NCBI GenBank assembly: GCA_030141605.1
Contig: JAQGDQ010000558.1
Span: forward strand, 77,703-141,702
Direction of reading: 5' to 3'
DNA: 64,000 nt
Source: Tubiluchus corallicola
Taxonomy: Eukaryota > Animalia > Priapulida
Below the pieces are notes generated by a model. That model ran no database searches. It was not told the origin of the DNA and saw nothing but the letters and a program-made list of their open reading frames with translations. Below are positions 1 through 64,000 of this stretch, one piece after another; position 1 is the first letter of the stretch, and the number at the start of each line of letters is the position of its first letter. Made by a program: the position numbers and the translations under genes.

Positions 1-1345
1 TGTGATTAATACCAGTTAATATTTGGGTCCAGGTAATACTGTGATTAATACCAGTTAAAATTTGGGTCCAGGTAATACTGTGATTAATACCAGCTAATAT
101 TTGGGTCCAGGTAATACTGTGATTAATACCAGTTAATACTTGGGACCAGTTAATACTGTGATTAATACCAGTTAATACTTGGGACCAGTTAATACTGTGA
201 TTAATACCAGTTAATATTTGGGACCAGGTAATACTGTGATTAATACCAGTTAATATTTGGGACCAGTTAATACTGTGATTAATACCAGTTAAAATTTGGG
301 TCCAGGTAATACTGTGATTAATACCAGCTAATATTTGGGTCCAGGTAATACTGTGATTAATACCAGTTAATATTTGGGACCAGTTAATACTGTGATTAAT
401 ACCAGTTAATACTGTGATTAATACCAGTTAATACTTGGGACCAGTTAATACTGTGATTAATACCAGTTAATATTTGGGACCAGGTAATACTGTGATTAAT
501 ACCAGTTAATATTTGGGTCCAGGTAATACTGTGAATAATAGCAGTTAATATTTGGGACCAGTTAATACTGTGATTAATACCAGTTAAAATTTGGGTCCAG
601 GTAATACTGTGATTAATACCAGCTAATATTTGGGACCAGGTAATACTGTGATTAATACCAGTTAATATTTGGGTCCAGGTAATACTGTGATTAATACCAG
701 TTAATATTTGGGTCCAGGTAATACTGTGAATAATACCAGTTAATATTTGGGTCCAGGTAATACTGTGATTAATACCAGTTAATATTTGGGACCAGTTAAT
801 ACTGTGATTAATACCAGTTAATACTGTGATTAATACCAGTTAATACTTGGGACCAGTTAATACTGTGATTAATACCAGTTAATATTTGGGACCAGTTAAT
901 ACTGTGATTAATACCAGTTAAAATTTGGGTCCAGGTAATACTGTGATTAATACCAGCTAATATTTGGGACCAGGTAATACTGTGATTAATACCAGTTAAT
1001 ATTTGGGTCCAGGTAATACTGTGATTAATACCAGTTAATATTTGGGTCCAGGTAATACTGTGAATAATACCAGTTAATATTTGGGTCCAGGTAATACTGT
1101 GATTAATACCAGTTAATATTTGGGTCCAGGTAATACTGTGAATAATACCAGTTAATATTTGGGTCCAGGTAATACTGTGATTAATACCAGTTAATATTTG
1201 GGTCCAGGTAATACTGTGAATAATACCAGTTAATATTTGGGTCCAGGTAATACTGTGATTAATACCAGTTAATATTTGGGACCAGTTAATACTGTGATTA
1301 ATACCAGTTAATATTTGGGTCCAGGTAATAATGTGAATAATAGCA
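1..1345. repeat. 39-bp minisatellite (runs off window start)
   Basis: TGTGATTAATACCAGTTAATATTTGGGTCCAGGTAATAC tandem. Confidence 0.95.
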
Positions 1346-2368
1346 ATATTAAATTAAAGTGCGGGCCATTAATGGATGCCTCGAACTGCGTTGAATAGGA
1401 ATTTCTTTCTTTTACACTTCTAAACAAAAGATGAAGAGAAAAGTCTTCTGTTCAAGATGCTGCACTGGAGAGATAAAAAGAAATGGTGGTTGTGATATAG
1501 AAAAAAATTGATGTTGAAAAAAATTTACAATCAAAAAGATAGAGATTCTAGCCTTCAGGTTGTTAACAGGGTGATTGCTATTCAAGAGTAAATATAACAC
1601 AGATATGTTAGTATTCTATGGACAAAATGGCTGATACATTGTTTAGTTGGTTTCTCAATGCAAGCCATTGTGAAAATTTTAACATTGGTTTTTACTAAGG
1701 CTTATAGTCTTTATATAATGTATTAATATTTCATTATGTTATAGGTATAATCACTGAGCTAACTCATGATTGTTGTCATCTATCATTCTAGTCTTGTCGT
1801 CTGGTTTTATCAATTCTGAAAAAAATTCCATTAAATTTCTGTTTTATTTTGTTTACTACTTTTACAATATGTGTTCCGTTATAATGTAAAGTTGTCATTT
1901 AGCACACTGAACTACCTCAGTTATCACAATAATAGTGAGTTAATGTAATATTGTCAGACAACAAAACTCTTTCATTAGTTAAGTCTAAAACTCTAAATAA
2001 TATGGAATGTTTCTAAATATAAGTAAAAACAAAATAAAGTAAACAATACTCGGTTGTACGACAGATATTATTTTAGACATATTATAATCTTGTAAATAAT
2101 ATAAGACTATAGAAGAGTATGTATAATGACTAGAATGATTACACAATTATTATTTTATCGCTCCAACATTATTTTTTACATAACATGATTATAAAATACT
2201 GTATTGTAGTTTAAATTTACCATTAGTTGGCATCAGTGGCACACAGTCACTTATGTAATATCAATGGCCTGTTCAGTCTTGCTGTGAGTAGCAAATGACA
2301 GGCGCAATTAATATTTTGCTGCTCAAAGTAATGGAGTTATTAAACATTGGAAACTACATGGTTTACAG

Positions 2369-2844
2369 CAGGGGTGTGCAAATTGTGCAGAGAATTTGTG
2401 CAGCCCGCAAAGAGATTTGTCAACCTAATGAAAGTGCGGCCTGGGCGATTGATTGAGTGTATCCAACTGAAGTCCGTGCCACGATTCCAAAGATAGTGCG
2501 GGTAGTTTTTTCTACTAGATCGGATGCCATTAACCCTTACAAAACGGTTGAAGCTTAATGTCACTGTACTAAATAGACTGTGTGATACACATTACTAATA
2601 TGCATTGCAATGAAATTACCACTATCTGTCCTGAAAGTAGAAATATATGGTTTGTAATATAAATTTTAATAACCTCTCAAATAGTTTCTTGAGTGTAGTA
2701 GTAATGATGTACGCAGGTCGGATGCAAAAAAAATCGTTATTAGGCCTTTCTGTACTGGGCTCCTTGAGCAAACTGCCTGTGGCCTGCAGGAATTGCTGGA
2801 AAGTTTAATGTGGGCCGGCTAGTCAGATAATTTGCACACCCCTG
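2369..2844. mobile_element. hAT-type MITE family A
   Basis: TIR CAGGGGTGTGCAAA, 8-bp TSD GTTTACAG/ATTTACAG. Confidence 0.85.
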
Positions 2845-3985
2845 ATTTACAGCAATGAACTTGCATATACTTGTAAAAGTCAATCAGATAGGATTTTTAC
2901 CCCTTGAGTTCAGGTATATCTACAGTCTTTGGTGCAAATTAAAAACGGGTCAGTGATCCAGTAAAAAACTTCGATTATCAGTACAAACAATGGAGAAATC
3001 CAAAAATTTTGCACAACAATAGCTTACAGTTATGTACACTATATAGTCAGATAATTACATAACACGTATTTTTACTAATGACTAGGTCTAAACCAACAGT
3101 CAATATTACATTTCTTTTCTATGAATCACTAGGAGCACCTTCTTCAATAAACGTTACAAAAACTGCCCGACCTGAAGTTCAGATGCAGTTACCATAGCAA
3201 CACTTTTGTTTTGGTAACCTTGGAAAGTAAATAAAATAAGTTACTATTACACAACGTGCATAAATTGCTAAACAGGAAGTAAAATGAAAACTTTTCTTGC
3301 TCTAGATAAGTGTATCTGACTTTTCAACATACACAATCACAGCAATAAACTAAAGTTTAGATTGAAAAACTCAACAAAGTCACAGGTACAAGAACAGTCA
3401 CTGTTTAAAGATATATTATACTTTTTAATGGGCGTATGCAGATTGAACTTTAACAGCAAATAACAAGAAATGTGAGTAAGTAAAAAATTTATTTGTCTCT
3501 GAATGTTACAAAATAAGCATAAACAAAAGGTAAAAAATAAAATAAAGACGGAAAAGAGACGGGGTGGCGAAAAGACCAAGGGTCACCAAGTCAACCACCC
3601 CTATCCAAACTGAAGAAAATTAAGTGGTCTGTCAAGTAAGGTATGTACAAATGAAAATAATCAGCAACTTAAGAAAAAAAAATAAAAAAAAATAAAATAA
3701 AAATAAATGAGGCAACTGTGATTTATCAATTAGCAGTATTTCAATGCCAGACCATTCTTCTGCCTGAAACTGACAAATCAGGCAACGATATATACTTGTG
3801 ACAAAGAGGGGAAATATGTAAGATTTCAAAGAAACTGGTAGATATTAAACTTTGATTAACACTGTTCATTGTGGCAGAAGGTGTCAGCTCCAGGTAAGTC
3901 GTGATCTTTTCAAAGTACAAGCATCAAAAAATATCTTAGGAGGCAGCAAAAAAATCTACATACTTTCATAAATATGAAATCAAAC

Positions 3986-4626
3986 TATAGGTTTTACATG
4001 TCAAATGTAGACCTGCATTAACTCAAATGTAGATTTAGGTAGTTCAAATGTGTCTTGGCAACTCAAATGCAGATTTAGGTAATTCAAATGTGTCTTGGTA
4101 ACTCAAATGTAGATTTAGGTAATTCAGATGTATCTTAGTAACTCAAATGTAGACTTTGGTAGTTCAAATGTGTTAACAATGGTTTTCCTGAAATCTTGAG
4201 CGTTTTTGGTAAGTCAAATGTAGACACGTGTCAAGTCAAATGTGACATTGGTATCTCAAATGTGGATAGGTGTTAAAGTTTAAGGATGTTAAATTTAATC
4301 TCCTTTAATGTTAATTTAATAATTGCTGTGAAAATAAAAATTTTATAGGCCTACTACTAATAGATGCACTATCTTTGGTTTATCTTTTTCTAATTTGCAC
4401 TTAAATGAGTTAATTACCGATTTATTCAAAGTAACGCATCTACATTTGACTTACCTAAGTCACATTTCAGTTACCAAAACACATTCGAAATTCCTATGTC
4501 TACATTTGACTTACCTAAGTCACATTTGAGTTACCAAAACACATTCGAAATTCCTATGTTTACATTTGACTTACCTAAGTCACATTTGAACTTTCCTGTG
4601 TCTACATTTGACGTGTAAAACCTATA
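3986..4626. mobile_element. Foldback-like element with long sub-repeated inverted arms
   Basis: TATAGGTTTTACATGTCAAATGTAGAC...GTCTACATTTGACGTGTAAAACCTATA; arms built of TCAAATGT repeats. Confidence 0.75.
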
Positions 4627-4674
4627 TAAGCCTATATTTAGCTTCTACTTCAAGCGACCATATTGAACTTGATG

Positions 4675-58212
<53,538 letters not shown>

Positions 58213-58297
58213 CTAAATTAAATGTAAAGGAATAGAGTAACTTACTTTTGATGCCTCTATTATAAAATGTGCCAAAAGGAATCACCTTATACTAGTC

Positions 58298-58756
58298 CAG
58301 GGGTGTGCTAATTGCGGCCCGCGAAGAGATTTGTCAACCTAATGAAAGTGCGGCCCGGGCGATTAATTGAGTGTATCCAGCTGAAGTCTGTGCCACGATC
58401 CCAAAGATAGTGCGGGTAGTTTTTTCTACTAGATCGGATGCCATTAACCCTTACAAGACGGTTGTAGCTTAATGTCACTGTACTACACAGACTGTGTGAT
58501 ACACATTACTGATATGCATTGTAATGAAATTACCACTATCTGTCCTGAAAGTAGAAATATATGGTTTGTAATATAAATTTTAATAACTTCTAAAATAGTT
58601 TCTTGAGTGTAGTAGTAATGATGTACGCAGGTCGGATACAAAAAATCGTTATTAGGCCTTTCTGTACTTGGCTCCTTGATCAAACTGCCTGTGGCCCGCA
58701 GGAATTGCGGGAAAGTTTAATGCGGCCCGGCTAGTCAGATAATTTGCACCCCCCTG
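58298..58756. mobile_element. hAT-type MITE family A (mirrored at 60751-61231 and ~62494-62947)
   Basis: TSD TACTAGTC; same insertion site in all three exon-2 copies. Confidence 0.86.
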
Positions 58757-59053
58757 TACTAGTCAAAACTATATAAATAAAAGCTATGAATAATTGATAA
58801 CAGAAGCAACGTATAGTATACATTGTGAAATGAATGGTTTTCATTCTTGCCTCTAAATCAGATTCAAAACTATGCTTTTTTGATAGAATTATTAAAATTT
58901 TTGCTCTGTCAAAACTGAAAACGTTTTTGTTTGTCTATCATGCTTAGGAAGTAGGTAAGAAATCCCTAGAGATAAAAGATTACAGTGCAATATGTCGCAA
59001 TTACAGTGGAAGAACTATTTATCTCAAAAGTTATATCATAACTACTGGAGATT

Positions 59054-59660
<607 letters not shown>

Positions 59661-59842
59661 ATTATCAATGACTGCATATCACTGCATTTTAACACTTTAA
59701 TCCAATACACATCGAATTGACGAAAGTTTAAGTTTCTCACTAGAACGTCTCTAATTTTGTTACAGATTTCTTATTTGACTAACATGAGCAATTGAGCAAT
59801 CCTCGTTGTTATGCATTGAATACTGGTGGGAAATATTGAGAG

Positions 59843-59963
59843 ATGGCTGATGAGTTAGCAAACAATGTCGCTTTTCAGAAGGTTCTGCAAGGCAATCTGA
59901 GCGAATCACTGCCATCATTACCTACGCATATTGTGAGGGTATTCATTTGCTCTACGGAGGGAG
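59843..59963 (+). CDS. NWD-like gene, first coding exon (MADELANN...IVRVFICSTEG), inverted relative to exons 2A-23
   Basis: ATG at 59843, donor GAG|GTAAGG phase 1, joins exon 2 as VRVFICSTEG-DFEAERE, matching the NWD N-terminal VRxFxSSTxxDxxxER motif. Upstream acceptor ttttgttacag at ~59765. Confidence 0.85.
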
Positions 59964-60125
59964 GTAAGGTGTAAAATAATTAACTTTCCTGTTAGCCTTC
60001 TCCCACGCGTCTGTAAATTAGTTCCGTGTTATACAAGACGGCAGCGGTAAACACTATAATCTTTTGAAAGAGGGAGAGACTTACCTTTGGTTTGTTACAA
60101 TAACAGCACAATCATCAATTGGTGG

Positions 60126-60528
60126 TAAGCAGCAATGTGCACTGTAAGCAGTAAGGTGCACTGTAAGCAGTAAGGTGCACTGCAAGCAGTAAGGTGCACT
60201 GTAATCAGTAAGGTGCACTGTAAGCAGCAATGTGCACTGTAAGCAGTAAGGTGCACTGTAAGCAGTAAGGTGCACTGTAAGCAGTAAGGTGCACTGCAAG
60301 CAGTAAGGTGCACTGTAATCAGTAAGGTGCACTGTAAGCAGCAATGTGCACTGTAAGCAGTAAGGTGCACTGTAAGCAGCAATGTGCACTGTAAGCAGCA
60401 ATGTGCACTGTAAGCAGTAAGGTGCACTGTAAGCAGTAAGGTGCACTGTAATCAGCAATGTGCACTGTAAGCAGCAAGGTGCACTGTAAGCAGCAAGGTG
60501 CACTGTAAGCAGCAATGTGCACTGTAAT
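60126..60528. repeat. 19-bp minisatellite in intron 1
   Basis: GCACTGTAAGCAGTAAGGT tandem. Confidence 0.93.
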
Positions 60529-61316
60529 CTTTTATCTCTAGGGATTTCTTACCTACTTCCTAAGCATGATAGACAAACAAAAACGTTTTCAGTTTTGACA
60601 GAGCAAAAATTTGTATAATTCTATCAAAAAAGCATAGTTTTGAATCTGATTTAGAGGCAAAAATGAAAACCATTCATTTCACAATGTATACTGTAGGTTG
60701 CTTCTGTTATCAATTTTTCATAGCTTTTATTTATATAGTTTTGACTAGTACAGAGGTGTGCAAATTATCTGACTAGCCAGGCCACATTAAACTTTCCTGC
60801 AATTCCTGTGGGTCACAGGCAGTTTGCTCAAGGAGTCAAGTACAGTAGGACCTAATAACGATTTTTTGTATCCGACCTGCGTACATCATTACTACTACAC
60901 TCAAGAAACTATTTTAGAATTTATTAAAATTTATATTACAAACCATATATTTCTACTTTCAGGACGGATAGTGGTAATTTCATTACAATGCATATTAGTA
61001 ATGTGTATCACACAGTCTGTGTAGTACAGTGACATTAAGCTACAACCGTCTTGTAAGGGTTAATGGCATCCGATCTAGTAGAAAAAACTACCCGCACTAT
61101 CTTTGGGATCGTGGCACGGACTTCAGCTGGATACACTCAATTAATCGCCCGGGCGGCACTTTCATTAGGTTGACAAATCTCTTCGCGGGCCGCACAAATT
61201 CTCTCGGCGGGCCGCAATTTGCACACCCCTGGACTAGTGTAAGGTGATTCCTTTTGGCACATTTTATAACAGAGGCATCAAAAGTAAGTTACTTTATCCC
61301 TTTACATTTAATTTAG

Positions 61317-61519
61317 ATTTTGAAGCTGAACGCGAAGCATTATTCGACATTGTCCAGCCAGAAATCAGTCATCTTTATCTACAGTACGGCATAGACGTTC
61401 AGTTACTTGATCTTCACCACCAGAGGGCTCAGGAATCGGAGAACAATGTCACCACTGTTCAGAGAGAATTACTAGAGATAGATAATTGTTTTCAGCTATC
61501 TCAAGGTCCATTTTTCTTG
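61317..61519 (+). CDS. NWD-like exon 2, copy B (one synonymous change vs A)
   Basis: Same peptide and splice sites as copy A; TAC vs TAT; follows exon 1 on + strand. Confidence 0.7.
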
Positions 61520-61605
61520 GTATGTACTGTAGTAGAAGCATATGTTTGCATGTCAACTTTTAGATCCGTAAAATTAATGATGTCGATGAGTCGGATAGAT
61601 GAGAT

Positions 61606-62202
<597 letters not shown>

Positions 62203-63032
62203 ATTGAATCTCAGTAGTTATGATATAACTTTTGAGATAATAGTTCTTCCTGTAATTGCGACTCTGTAATCTTTATCTCTGGATTTCTTACCTACTTCCT
62301 GTATGATAATTAGGCTTAAAACGTTTTCAGTTTTGACAGAGCAAGAATTTTAATAATTCTATCAAAAAAGCATGGTTTGAATCCCGGTTTAAGAGGCAAA
62401 GATAGAAAACCATTATTTACAGTATATGCTCGTTTCTTCACCATTAATAAATTATTTATTCGCCAAGCTTTTATTTATCTGGTTTTGACTAGTACGGGGT
62501 GCAAATTATCTTATGGCCCGGGCCGCATTAAACTTTCCCGCAATTCCTTGAACCTGAACAGTTGATCAAGAACCAAATGCAAGAAGACCTAATAACGATT
62601 TTTTTGTATCCGACCTGCGTAGATTATTACTACTACAATAAAGAAACTATTTTAGAGGTTATTAAAATTTATATTACAAACCATATATTTCTACTTTCAG
62701 GACAGATAGTGGTAATTTCATTACAATGCATATTAGTAATGTGTATCACACAGTCTGTGTATTACAGTGACATTAAGCTACAACCGTCTTGTAAGGGTTA
62801 ATGGCATCCGATCTAGTAGAAAAAACTACCCGCACTATCTTTGGGATCGTGGCACAGACTTCAGCTGGATACACTCAATTAATCGCCCGGGCCGCACTTT
62901 CATTAGGTTGACAAATCTCTTCGCGGGCCGCAATTAGCACACCCCTGGACTAGTATAAGGTGATTCCTTTTGGCACATTTTATAATAGAGGCATCAAAAG
63001 TAAGTTACTCTATTCCTTTACATTTAATTTAG

Positions 63033-63235
63033 ATTTTGAAGCTGAACGCGAAGCATTATTCGACATTGTCCAGCCAGAAATCAGTCATCTTTATCTACAG
63101 TATGGCATAGACGTTCAGTTACTTGATCTTCACCACCAGAGGGCTCAGGAATCGGAGAACAATGTCACCACTGTTCAGAGAGAATTACTAGAGATAGATA
63201 ATTGTTTTCAGCTATCTCAAGGTCCATTTTTCTTG
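63033..63235 (+). CDS. NWD-like exon 2, copy C (mirror of A)
   Basis: Reverse complement of 58010-58212 inside the fold-back arm. Confidence 0.55.
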
Positions 63236-64000
63236 GTATGTACTGGAGTAGAAGCATATGTTTGCATGTCAACTTTTAGATCCGTAAAATTAATGTTGTT
63301 GATGAGTCGGACTCAGTGGAATAATACCTTGAACTAGTGGAGGTTTTTAACTGTCTCAAAAACTGTGGAAAGATTCTGCTCATGTGACAGGAGACGCTTA
63401 CAGCTTTTGTTGCATATTTACAAATAAAAAAATGTTTTTCAAAATAGTTAACAATAGGTATATAAGAATAGTTGTGTTTGACATTAAAAGCTTCAGTGAA
63501 ATAGGAATTTGTCACTTTTTGACCAGTGACCAGTGCGACAAGGGTCAAACAAATATGGGTCAACATGCACCATTCAATTCACCTCATAAAGATGTTTCAT
63601 TTGGTGCGTTACAATATTAAAATTGGAACTTGTCACTTTAACCTCTGACCCTGGGGTTAACCAAATGGGCATGACTCTCATGTCACTCAATTAATCTCAT
63701 TGATACCTTTCATTTGATAAATTACAACATGCTGCTGCTTCACACTGGAAGCATTTGTCTCCCCGACCCTCACTTTCAGTTTTTACACCATAGCGGAATC
63801 GGGGGTCAGCCAATCTGGATCTAATTCATACCATTCGATTTGCGTTATCAAAACCCTTCATTTCTTATATTACACGCTACTGTTACTCGACATTGAAAGC
63901 ATCGGTGTCCAAGACCCCCAGGATTTTGGTTTTTACCGCCTACCGAATAATTTTCCTGTATACAAATAGCTTGTATTCATTCATGCACAACAACTTGACA

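Noticed and set aside
2340-2564. Recurrent ORFs MTLSYNRLVRVNGIRSSRKNYPH... at several loci
   Set aside because: Chance frames inside MITE family A; ends and lengths differ among copies.

Overview
AT-rich, repeat-dense DNA from an invertebrate animal (spliceosomal GT-AG introns, no prokaryotic features). Almost the whole window is one multi-exon gene on the minus strand encoding a NACHT/STAND NTPase + WD40 protein of the NWD1/NWD2/qui-1 family. I could chain 23 exons with matching phases into about 1,648 aa, ending in a CaaX motif (CEVL). The start exon lies on the plus strand, inside a fold-back at 57.2-64 kb that holds three copies of exon 2; this is probably a microsatellite-mediated misjoin over a real tandem exon duplication. 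The introns hold hAT, Tc1-mariner, piggyBac and Harbinger-type MITEs, two solo LTRs, LINE 3' remnants, a 5S-rRNA-derived SINE and many minisatellites. Most notable: (1) an in-frame chimeric 25-nt micro-exon (start of exon 17 fused to end of exon 21) that could bypass about 250 aa of WD40 repeats; (2) a 5S-headed SINE family; (3) a covarying two-stem RNA motif repeated at seven diverged retroposon 3' ends. Coordinates were counted by hand and may be off by a few bases.
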